Source: a virus
Taxonomy: Duplodnaviria; Heunggongvirae; Uroviricota; Caudoviricetes
IMG/VR virus record: IMGVR_UViG_3300033066_001266
Location: 22,423-86,422 of that record
Direction: 5' to 3' (one strand)
Length of the DNA stretch: 64,000 nt
Shown here piece by piece: positions 7,252-14,077 of the stretch (within the stretch, counting starts at the first letter, position 1; every line of letters starts with the position of its first letter). The translations under genes and the position numbers were made by a program. Under the pieces are notes generated by a model, which saw only the letters and a list, made by a program, of their open reading frames with translations, had not been told where the DNA came from and ran no database searches.

Positions 7252-7319
7252 TGGTCGAATGGTCCAGGCTGTTAACCTGACGCTAAATGCCAACGTAAGT
7301 TCGAATCTTACCTCAAACG
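7236..7319 (+). tRNA. atypical type-II (long variable arm) tRNA with GUU anticodon, 84 nt, discriminator G
   Basis: Perfect acceptor gtttgag/ctcaaac. Ser/Tyr/Leu-like D-arm gcca-tagtggtcgaa-tggt. Anticodon arm ccagg-ctgttaa-cctga. 14-nt variable region. T-arm gtaag-ttcgaat-cttac. 5' end lies inside the HNH ORF. Confidence 0.5.
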
Positions 7320-7413
7320 CAAATACTATTAACTTCAAGATTGAAATTTCGAAATTTTCCCCCAACCGCTTTTTATATGAAATATTTATAGTACCTTTAT
7401 TAAAAAATATATT

Positions 7414-7620
7414 ATGTATACATATGATGAGTGGGGTAATACAATGTTTCATATTCAAACTGGTAGATTAGGAATAAAAATGTTTAAAGAAATGGGTTAT
7501 AAAAATCCTCCAAAAGAAGAATATGATAAGCATATGGCTTCATATAAAAAGATACAAGAAGAAAAAAATAAAAAATTTCAAGAATTTTTAGATAAGTTTC
7601 TGGAATATTGTAAAAGCTAA
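7414..7620 (+). CDS. hypothetical protein
   Basis: 68-aa ORF. Confidence 0.3.
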   Translation: MYTYDEWGNTMFHIQTGRLGIKMFKEMGYKNPPKEEYDKHMASYKKIQEEKNKKFQEFLDKFLEYCKS

Positions 7621-7624
7621 GATA

Positions 7625-8101
7625 ATGGAAAAGTATTTCAAATTAATAACAGGAGAAAGGGTAAGTTTAATAGAACATTGTAGTGAAATACTTGGTATGT
7701 ATCCTAATGCAGAAATATTGATTGGATGTGATAGTCAAAATCATAAACAATATACAAGATATGCTGTAGCAGTTGTGTTTAGATATGGATTAAGCGGTGC
7801 TCACTATATTCATACAATAGTAAAAGTAGATAAAATAAAAGATCTTTTTACCAGATTATTTAAAGAATGTGAGTTATCTTTGGAAGTTGCCAATTATATA
7901 AATGATAATACAGCATATAAAGTAAAGGCAATTGAGCTAGACTTTAATAATTTTAAAATAACTAAATCAACACCTTTAATATCAGCAACTAAAGGTTGGT
8001 GTGAATCGCTTGGATATAATGTTGTGTTGAAAGATGGTGAGATGATTGCTTGTAAAGCAGCCGACAAACACTGCAGAAGAAAGAAAAGAGATAGAAAATA
8101 A
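7625..8101 (+). CDS. hypothetical protein, possible RNase H-like fold
   Basis: ILIGCDSQ...YTRYAVAVVF resembles the RNase H-like DxS...YG.VL core; weak. Confidence 0.35.
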   Translation: MEKYFKLITGERVSLIEHCSEILGMYPNAEILIGCDSQNHKQYTRYAVAVVFRYGLSGAHYIHTIVKVDKIKDLFTRLFKECELSLEVANYINDNTAYKVKAIELDFNNFKITKSTPLISATKGWCESLGYNVVLKDGEMIACKAADKHCRRKKRDRK

Positions 8102-8133
8102 GGAAGTGGGCTATCCTCATAAACCCTCAGCCA

Positions 8134-8206
8134 CCAGTAGTAGCTCAGTTGATAGAGCGCTTTCCTTCCAAGTAAGAGGCCGCAGGTTTGATTCCTGTCT
8201 ACTGGT
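8134..8206 (+). tRNA. tRNA-Gly(TCC)
   Basis: Acceptor ccagtag/ctactgg, D-arm gctc-agttgata-gagc, anticodon arm ctttc-cttccaa-gtaag, T-arm gcagg-tttgatt-cctgt. Confidence 0.8.
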
Positions 8207-8294
8207 CAAGTTCATTTAGTGGGTATTTAGAACATACGAGTGTACAAGCTCAATGGCCTAATTGTACTAGCGGTCAGATAAAATCCCACAAAAT

Positions 8295-8366
8295 GGCCCT
8301 CTCGTCTACCGGCTAGGATAACTGTCTTTCCAACAGTTGAAGAGAGATCGACACTCTCGGGGGCTT
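8295..8366 (+). tRNA. tRNA-Glu(TTC) (C37 unusual)
   Basis: Acceptor ggccctc/gggggct (2 G-U), anticodon arm actgt-ctttcca-acagt, T-arm gagag-atcgaca-ctctc. Confidence 0.65.
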
Positions 8367-8371
8367 CATAA

Positions 8372-8445
8372 GGATCTATGGTTGAACTGGTTACAATACC
8401 GCCCTGTCACGGCGTGAGGTACGGATTCGAATTCCGTTAGATCCG
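8372..8445 (+). tRNA. tRNA-Asp(GTC)
   Basis: Perfect acceptor ggatcta/tagatcc, D-arm gttg/caat, anticodon arm ccgcc-ctgtcac-ggcgt, T-arm acgga-ttcgaat-tccgt. Confidence 0.85.
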
Positions 8446-8650
8446 CAACAAGGACTACTCATAATAGAGTACAGGTGGTGTAAGCCCACCCTCCTTGACC
8501 ATATTGTTAAGCAACGTTTAGTACGTGTGAAGCTGAAAGAAGCGATCCGCTTAATTATAAATAAAAGAGTGTGCTCTAGCGCAGGGATGCATAAGGCTAC
8601 GACACAGGTTGGCTGAAAAGCCCGGAAATGTAGTCCCACTCTTTTTATTT

Positions 8651-8725
8651 TGACTCTTAGCTCAGTTGGTTAGCAGCAGTTCGCTCATAACGAAAAGGTC
8701 GTGGTTTCGACTACCACAGAGTCAA
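8651..8725 (+). tRNA. tRNA-Met or Ile2 (CAT), 1:72 paired
   Basis: Perfect acceptor tgactct/agagtca, D-loop agttggttag, anticodon arm gttcg-ctcataa-cgaaa, T-arm gtggt-ttcgact-accac. Confidence 0.75.
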
Positions 8726-8750
8726 CATAGCTTATTAATATAAAAATAAA

Positions 8751-8782
8751 TTTGGTAATTCAAGCTATTTTCCGTATATTTA
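8751..8782 (+). promoter_or_regulatory. Bacteroidetes-type promoter (TTTG 8751-8754; TATATTTA 8775-8782, spacing 20) ending 3 nt before ATG 8786
   Basis: Consensus-like; the -7 box abuts the start codon (leaderless-type arrangement). Confidence 0.5.
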
Positions 8783-8785
8783 TAT

Positions 8786-9304
8786 ATGGATAAATTAAAT
8801 TTGGAAAAATTAGTAAACGAAGGTAATTCAAGTTATCAAATAGCAGACATTTTAAATAAAAGTCAAACTACTGTTAGATATTGGCTTAAAAAGTATAAAA
8901 TAGAATTAAAATCTAGAAGAAGAATTCTTTTAGAAAATGGCTACATTTCTTGCTGCAAGTGTAGATTAACCAAACCAGAAAAAGAATTTTTTCTTTCCGG
9001 TAAGCGTATTTCATCTTATTGTAAAAAATGTCATGTATCACATCATTACGAAACTCACACTTTAAAAAAGAAAGAGTTAATTAAATATAAGGGTGGTAAA
9101 TGTATTAATTGTAATTTAGAATCTAATGATGAGAATTATGTTGTATTTGATTTTCATCATTTAGATCCATCTAAAAAAGAAATGAGTGTAAAAGTAGTAA
9201 ATAAAGGCTTGGATAAATTAAAAAAAGAAGCTGACAAATGTATGTTACTTTGTAGTAATTGTCACAGATTGGAACATAAAAGATTATTTAATTCTGGAAT
9301 ATAG
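8786..9304 (+). CDS. HNH homing endonuclease with N-terminal HTH domain (paralog of 6760-7251)
   Basis: CINCNL...FDFHHLDP...CSNCHRLEH (HNH). N-terminal KSQTTVRYWLKKY. Confidence 0.7.
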   Translation: MDKLNLEKLVNEGNSSYQIADILNKSQTTVRYWLKKYKIELKSRRRILLENGYISCCKCRLTKPEKEFFLSGKRISSYCKKCHVSHHYETHTLKKKELIKYKGGKCINCNLESNDENYVVFDFHHLDPSKKEMSVKVVNKGLDKLKKEADKCMLLCSNCHRLEHKRLFNSGI

Positions 9305-9367
9305 TAGAATGGTTTAGCACAATTGACTGATACTCAATTAATTTCAGTTCGAATCTGGATATTCCAA
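9295..9367 (+). tRNA. tRNA-Ile(GAT)
   Basis: Perfect acceptor tggaata/tattcca, anticodon arm attga-ctgatac-tcaat, T-arm ttcag-ttcgaat-ctgga. D-stem weak. 5' end overlaps the HNH stop codon. Confidence 0.7.
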
Positions 9368-9493
9368 CAGAGTGATCCGCATAATCTCTCATCGTAAGAT
9401 GATGTAGCGGTTCTCCCTAGTAGCTCGTGCACGTAATCTAGGATAACTGTTTACCTAATAAGAAACAGCTAGGGGTCTCAGTGCCCCGCTTTT

Positions 9494-9566
9494 GGGGATA
9501 AAGCTCTAGTGGATGAGCACGTGCTTTGCAAGCATGAGGTTGAGAATTCGAGTTTCTCTATCTCCA
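9494..9566 (+). tRNA. tRNA-Ala(TGC) with G3:U70; CCA encoded
   Basis: Acceptor ggggata/tatctcc with a G3-U70 wobble, D-arm gctc-tagtggat-gagc, anticodon arm cgtgc-tttgcaa-gcatg, T-arm gagaa-ttcgagt-ttctc, then a-cca. Confidence 0.9.
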
Positions 9567-9577
9567 CCAAAAATAAA

Positions 9578-9609
9578 TTTGGTGAATTGAAAAATTTATC
9601 GTATATTTA
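9578..9609 (+). promoter_or_regulatory. Bacteroidetes-type promoter (TTTG 9578-9581; TATATTTA 9602-9609, spacing 20) upstream of tRNA 9620
   Basis: Consensus motif. Confidence 0.5.
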
Positions 9610-9619
9610 TATATAATAT

Positions 9620-9693
9620 TGCGGGTTAGAGAAGTGGCCTATCTCAAAAGTCTCATAAACTTTAGATCGATGGTTCGAATCCATCACACGCAA
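9620..9693 (+). tRNA. tRNA-Met or Ile2 (CAT), second copy
   Basis: Acceptor tgcgggt/acacgca (6/7), D-arm gaga/tctc, anticodon arm aaagt-ctcataa-acttt, T-arm gatgg-ttcgaat-ccatc. Confidence 0.8.
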
Positions 9694-9851
9694 CAATATA
9701 CACATTCCCCTTCCCAGAGAACAGGGCGCTCAGAATGTGTTATTTAATTAAAAATGAAAAAAGTAAACACATATCTACTCAGTTATTTATCGAGCGCTAC
9801 TCGAGACTGAGATTGGTATGTAAAATAAGTAGGGTTTCGACCCGACTCCCC

Positions 9852-9880
9852 AACCTCAGCAGTAATGTTGAGGTTTTTTC
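9852..9880 (+). terminator. rho-independent terminator
   Basis: aacctca (9852-9858) / tgaggtt (9869-9875) followed by tttttt. Confidence 0.65.
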
Positions 9881-9882
9881 AT

Positions 9883-9964
9883 GCCCTTGTGGTGGAATTA
9901 GGTAGACACGCTAGACTTAGAATCTAGTGCGAAAGCGGTGCAGGTTCGATGCCTGTCAAGGGTA
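9883..9964 (+). tRNA. tRNA-Leu(TAG), type II
   Basis: Acceptor gcccttg/caagggt, anticodon arm ctaga-cttagaa-tctag, variable arm tgc-gaaa-gcg, T-arm gcagg-ttcgatg-cctgt, discriminator A. Confidence 0.85.
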
Positions 9965-9969
9965 CATAT

Positions 9970-10053
9970 GCTCTCATGGTGTAATTAGGTAGCCACGTAA
10001 GACTTAAAATCTTATACCGTTATGGTGTGACAGTTCGATTCTGTCTGGGAGTA
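9970..10053 (+). tRNA. tRNA-Leu(TAA), type II
   Basis: Acceptor gctctca/tgggagt, anticodon arm taaga-cttaaaa-tctta, 14-nt variable arm, T-arm gacag-ttcgatt-ctgtc. Confidence 0.85.
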
Positions 10054-10058
10054 CAATA

Positions 10059-10143
10059 GGAAGATGCTGTTCATGGAGAACAAATAGTCTTGAAAACTAT
10101 AGTATCGTTAAGAGCGGTAGGGGGTCGGTTCCTCCATCTTCCT
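10059..10143 (+). tRNA. tRNA-Ser(TGA), type II, with non-canonical T-loop
   Basis: Acceptor ggaagat/atcttcc, D-arm tgtt-catggag-aaca, anticodon arm atagt-cttgaaa-actat, variable arm tatcg-ttaagag-cggta. T-arm ggggg-tcggtt-cctcc lacks the TTCGA motif. Confidence 0.55.
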
Positions 10144-10290
10144 CCCCCAAGTTTAGGAGCTTGTATCTCCGGTTTCTTGATATAACCTAAAAACTACAAA
10201 TGGAAGGTAAAAGAGGAAGATGGACTTCCCGCTGGTTTGCTAAACCAGAACCCATTCAGTTGGGTCAGTTTCGACCACTGTGCTTTCCTC

Positions 10291-10524
10291 ATGATTTATT
10301 ATTGTGATAATTACAGACATTTGGTATGTAAGCCATTCAGTGTGAGCGGTTTACACAAAATGGCTAAAGAATTAAATATTAAACAGTGCTGGTTTCATAA
10401 AGATCATTATGATATACCACAAAGAAGAAGAAAAGAAATAATGGATAAATGTATTATAGTTGATAGTAAAACTATAATTAATATTATAAGAGTTGATGCT
10501 CAGGGCAAGCAGGACGGTCTGTAA
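10291..10524 (+). CDS. DUF4031-like protein
   Basis: YCDNYRH...LHKMAKELNIKQCWFHKDHYDIP resembles the DUF4031 consensus. Start moved to ATG 10291; the ORF-track start at 10237 overlaps a structured region. Confidence 0.45.
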   Translation: MIYYCDNYRHLVCKPFSVSGLHKMAKELNIKQCWFHKDHYDIPQRRRKEIMDKCIIVDSKTIINIIRVDAQGKQDGL

Positions 10525-10573
10525 AACCGAACCTCATGGAGATCGAGACTCCTCCAACTCACTTTAAAATAAA

Positions 10574-10605
10574 TTTGGTAGGTTCAGAAAAATAGTGTAT
10601 ATTTG
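10574..10605 (+). promoter_or_regulatory. Bacteroidetes-type promoter (TTTG 10574-10577; TATATTTG 10598-10605, spacing 20)
   Basis: Perfect consensus. No ORF downstream before the terminator at 10713-10747. Confidence 0.55.
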
Positions 10606-10611
10606 TATCAG

Positions 10612-10747
10612 AAACCAGTAATGGATTCGAAGTTGTTTCGAGGAGGGAACAGCAAAAACATTTAAAAAACTAATTTCTTACGAGAAATCGTATCGTTCCC
10701 TCCAGAACACAGCCCGATTCCATTTATGGTTTCGGGTTTTTTATTTT
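10612..10747 (+). ncRNA. putative small non-coding RNA (~130 nt) bounded by promoter and terminator
   Basis: No ORF. Long-range 9-bp stem ggagggaac/gttccctcc, internal hairpin tttct-tacg-agaaa, terminal terminator cccga...tcggg + T11. Confidence 0.4.
10713..10747 (+). terminator. rho-independent terminator
   Basis: cccga (10713-10717) / tcggg (10732-10736), then tttttttatttt. Confidence 0.5.
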
Positions 10748-11055
10748 CAGACATGAAAGAAAAACTTGATTACAGTTGGTCGGGACAATAGTTTAAAGCC
10801 AACAGCAACTGATAATCAATGTGTTACTGTGGGAATTCATACAAAGCACAACCGTGTGACAAAGAGAAGAGCGGTAAGATATGATGGGTGGTAAAGCACT
10901 TATAACTAGATCTCAAGCTACCTACACCTTTATGATGTGGGGGTATGTACGAAAACTCAGCTCATTTGAGAAGTACATTGTCTAACTAAGGTGAAACTTA
11001 GGAAGACTAACTATGTCTGAACGAAACTAGCTATTTGAGAGAAAATATATTTAAT

Positions 11056-11475
11056 ATGAAAAATAGAGATGGATTAGTAAATAGCGACCATTGGGAAACA
11101 CCTGGATGGTTATATAAGCAGCTTGATGATGAGTTTAAATTTGATTTTGACCCATGCCCTTTAAAGGCGGATTTTGACGGTTTAGCTATAGAATGGGGTA
11201 ATTCTAACTTTATTAACCCTCCTTATAATAGGATTGATAAGCCAAAGTTTATTAAGAAAGCTTATGATGAATGGAAGAAAGGTAAAACTTGTGTTTTATT
11301 AATTCCATCAGCTACAGGAACAAAACAATTCCATGAATTAATACTTCCAAATGCTGAAGTTAGATTTTTAAAAGGAAGAGTAGCTTTTAAAGGTTACAAT
11401 ACTAAAGGAGAGCTTAGTACAAAAAATAAAGGTAAGCACGACAGTATGATAGTTATTTTTAGAAATAAAAAATAA
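11056..11475 (+). CDS. phage N6-adenine DNA methyltransferase (Dam-like)
   Basis: WETPGWLY...FDFDPCP...NPPY motif (NFINPPYNR). Alternative upstream ATG at 11035. Confidence 0.65.
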   Translation: MKNRDGLVNSDHWETPGWLYKQLDDEFKFDFDPCPLKADFDGLAIEWGNSNFINPPYNRIDKPKFIKKAYDEWKKGKTCVLLIPSATGTKQFHELILPNAEVRFLKGRVAFKGYNTKGELSTKNKGKHDSMIVIFRNKK

Positions 11476-11476
11476 A

Positions 11477-11508
11477 TTTGGTTAATTAAACTAAATACGT
11501 TAATTTTG
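11477..11508 (+). promoter_or_regulatory. Bacteroidetes-type promoter (TTTG 11477-11480; TAATTTTG 11501-11508, spacing 20), 5 nt before ATG 11514
   Basis: Consensus match. Confidence 0.55.
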
Positions 11509-11513
11509 TATAT

Positions 11514-11762
11514 ATGAAAAGAATATTGAAAGATAGATTGTTAATAGAAAAGATTAGCAAAACACAATCTAACAGTATACTAGATATAGTTGAAGATGAA
11601 AATGGACCCTTACAAGGTACTGTATTAAAAATAGGTAAACTTGTAGAAGATATTGTAGAGGGAGATGTTATACTATATAGAGCTAGTGATGCATTAGAAG
11701 TGACTTTAGATAATAAAAATTTATTAATTTTAAGAGAATACGATATAATAGCAATTTTATAA
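11514..11762 (+). CDS. groES: co-chaperonin GroES-like (Hsp10)
   Basis: 82 aa. MKRILKDRLLIEK...GTVLKIGK...GDVILY...ILAIL parallels GroES (I.PL.DR.....E.KT.GGI.L...GDIV.......ILAI). Confidence 0.5.
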   Translation: MKRILKDRLLIEKISKTQSNSILDIVEDENGPLQGTVLKIGKLVEDIVEGDVILYRASDALEVTLDNKNLLILREYDIIAIL

Positions 11763-11775
11763 TTAAATAATTAAT

Positions 11776-12114
11776 ATGAGACATGTAGAAAAAGCTAAAG
11801 TAAGATTTTTAGCTGAAACAAACTTACTAAAAAGCAGTTTTTTAAAGATTGAAAATCAAGAAGATATAAAAGGAGTTGCTCCAACAGTGAAATTTACTAT
11901 CCAAAGTGATCCTATCGGAGAAGTTGGAGTTAATGGTCTACAAGCACAAGATATGCTTCATTACACTAAATGTTTATTTGAAAGTTTAAATGATGCTTTT
12001 CCAAGTGTATTTAATGAAGCAACAATACAAGCGCTTAACATTGCACTTTCATTTCAAAATGCTAGAACTAAAGATAGAGAATTAAGAAAAGTAGAAGGAA
12101 CAAATCAAAAATAA
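11776..12114 (+). CDS. hypothetical protein
   Basis: 112-aa ORF between the GroES-like gene and GroEL. Confidence 0.35.
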   Translation: MRHVEKAKVRFLAETNLLKSSFLKIENQEDIKGVAPTVKFTIQSDPIGEVGVNGLQAQDMLHYTKCLFESLNDAFPSVFNEATIQALNIALSFQNARTKDRELRKVEGTNQK

Positions 12115-13707
12115 ATGAGTAATACAATAGTATTTAATACTGAGGCAAGAGCTAAAATTAAAGCAGGTGTTGATCAATTAGCAAACGCCGTGAAAGTAAC
12201 ACTTGGTCCAAAAGGACGTAATGTTATTATAGAAGGTGTCTATGGTCTTAATACCATCACTAAAGATGGAGTTACTGTAGCAAAAGCAATTCAATTAGAA
12301 GATCCAATTGAGAATATTGGAGCACAGATGATTAAAGATGTAGCTTCTAAAACAGTTGACCAAGCAGGTGATGGCACAACTACTGCTACAATTATAGCAC
12401 AGGCTATAGTAAGTGAAGGCTTTAAAATGCTTGCTGCAGGATGTAATCCATCTGATCTTAAACGTGGTATTGATAAGGCAGTTAAGATTGTTGTAAATTC
12501 ATTAAAAGAACAGTCTACTGAAGTAGGGGATACATTAGAAAAAATTAAACAAGTTGCTACAGTATCAGCAAATGGTGATGTGCAAGTAGGAGAATTAATA
12601 GCACAGGCTTTTGAAAAAGTTGGTAAAGACGGTGTTATTACAGTTGAGGAATCAAAAGGTATTGAGACAACTGTAGATATAGTAGAAGGTATGATGTTAG
12701 ATAGAGGATATATTTCTCCATACTTTGTTACAAATACAGAAAAGATGAGGGGAGAGTTATTAAATCCATATATACTTATATATGATAAAAAGATAACAAT
12801 GATGAAAGAAATCCTTCACCTATTAGAAAAAGTAGTAGTTGCTGGAAGATCACTTCTTATTATATGTGAAGATTTAGAAGGAGAAGCTCTTCAAAGTTTA
12901 GTCCATAATAAAATGGCAGGTAAGCTTAAAATAGCTGTTATTAAAGCACCGGGTTTTGGAGATAATAGAAAAGAAATACTTCACGATATTGCATCTCTTA
13001 CGGGTGGTACATACATTACATCCGATAGAGGATTGAAAATTGAATCAACAGATGTAATAGACTTAGGAGAAGCTAATACAATTCTGATAACTAAAGATAA
13101 CACTACAATCATAGGCGGACAAGGAGATAAAAAAGATATTGAAATAAGAGTTAATCAATTAAAAGCTCAATTAGTATCTACTAAAATAGTTCCTGATCAG
13201 GTAAAATTACAAGAAAGAATATCTAAATTATCAGGTGGTGTAGCTGTACTATATGTGGGAGCTACTACTGAATTAGAAATGAAGGAAAAGAAAGATCGTG
13301 TTGACGATGCTCTACAAGCCACTAAAGCTGCTGTTGAAGAAGGTATAATACCCGGTGGTGGAGTTGCTTACATAAGAGCATTGTCTGTTCTAAACTTATC
13401 TCAAGCTACAGGTGATGAGCAGATAGGTTCTAATATAGTAGCAAAAGCTATTCAAGCACCTCTAACTACCCTTTTAGAAAATGGAGCTTTAAACTCAGGG
13501 GCTATAATAGGTAAAATACAAGAAGGTATAGCTGATTTTGGTTATAATGCCAGAACAGGACAATATGAAAATTTGCTTGCTAGTGGAGTTATAGATCCAA
13601 CTAAAGTAGCAAGAGTCTCTCTTGAAAATGCAGCTTCAATAGGAAGTATGCTTCTTACAACAGAATGTGTAATATCAAACAATAATAAAAACATACAAAC
13701 AAACTAA
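12115..13707 (+). CDS. groEL: chaperonin GroEL (Hsp60)
   Basis: AGDGTTTATIIAQAI, VPGGGVAYIRAL and full-length co-linearity with GroEL. C-terminal GGM repeat absent. Confidence 0.9.
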   Translation: MSNTIVFNTEARAKIKAGVDQLANAVKVTLGPKGRNVIIEGVYGLNTITKDGVTVAKAIQLEDPIENIGAQMIKDVASKTVDQAGDGTTTATIIAQAIVSEGFKMLAAGCNPSDLKRGIDKAVKIVVNSLKEQSTEVGDTLEKIKQVATVSANGDVQVGELIAQAFEKVGKDGVITVEESKGIETTVDIVEGMMLDRGYISPYFVTNTEKMRGELLNPYILIYDKKITMMKEILHLLEKVVVAGRSLLIICEDLEGEALQSLVHNKMAGKLKIAVIKAPGFGDNRKEILHDIASLTGGTYITSDRGLKIESTDVIDLGEANTILITKDNTTIIGGQGDKKDIEIRVNQLKAQLVSTKIVPDQVKLQERISKLSGGVAVLYVGATTELEMKEKKDRVDDALQATKAAVEEGIIPGGGVAYIRALSVLNLSQATGDEQIGSNIVAKAIQAPLTTLLENGALNSGAIIGKIQEGIADFGYNARTGQYENLLASGVIDPTKVARVSLENAASIGSMLLTTECVISNNNKNIQTN

Positions 13708-13708
13708 A

Positions 13709-14077
13709 ATGCAAGTAGAAGTAACACAAGATCAATTAAATACTATGGCAACGCAAAATCAAAATTTTGATGCTAATGAGGTTGTTAGTAACACAGAAGA
13801 ACAAAAGCCTCTTTCTGATAGAGACTTCAAAATTGCTTTTTTAAAAGCGCAAAAAGAAAGAAAAGAAATTATCAGAAGAAACAAAGAGTTAATTGCTGAT
13901 AAAGAGTTAGAAGTTGCTTATTGGAAAGCAGAAGCAGATCTTATGAGATATAGATTTGAAAAGATGGATTTCTTCTTAAAGAATCTTGAAATAGAACCTA
14001 AGTATCTGATGGAAGTTGAAAAAATTAAAGCTGCAGATACTCAAAATACAGTTGAAAAAAGTAAAATTCTAGATTAA
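13709..14077 (+). CDS. hypothetical coiled-coil protein
   Basis: 122 aa, K/E-rich. Confidence 0.4.
   Translation: MQVEVTQDQLNTMATQNQNFDANEVVSNTEEQKPLSDRDFKIAFLKAQKERKEIIRRNKELIADKELEVAYWKAEADLMRYRFEKMDFFLKNLEIEPKYLMEVEKIKAADTQNTVEKSKILD

Noticed and set aside
8422-8436. Palindromic T-loop-like sequence cggattcgaattccg that could suggest a minus-strand tRNA
   Set aside because: A full cloverleaf (tRNA-Asp 8372-8445) forms only on the + strand. The reverse complement lacks a matching acceptor or anticodon arm.
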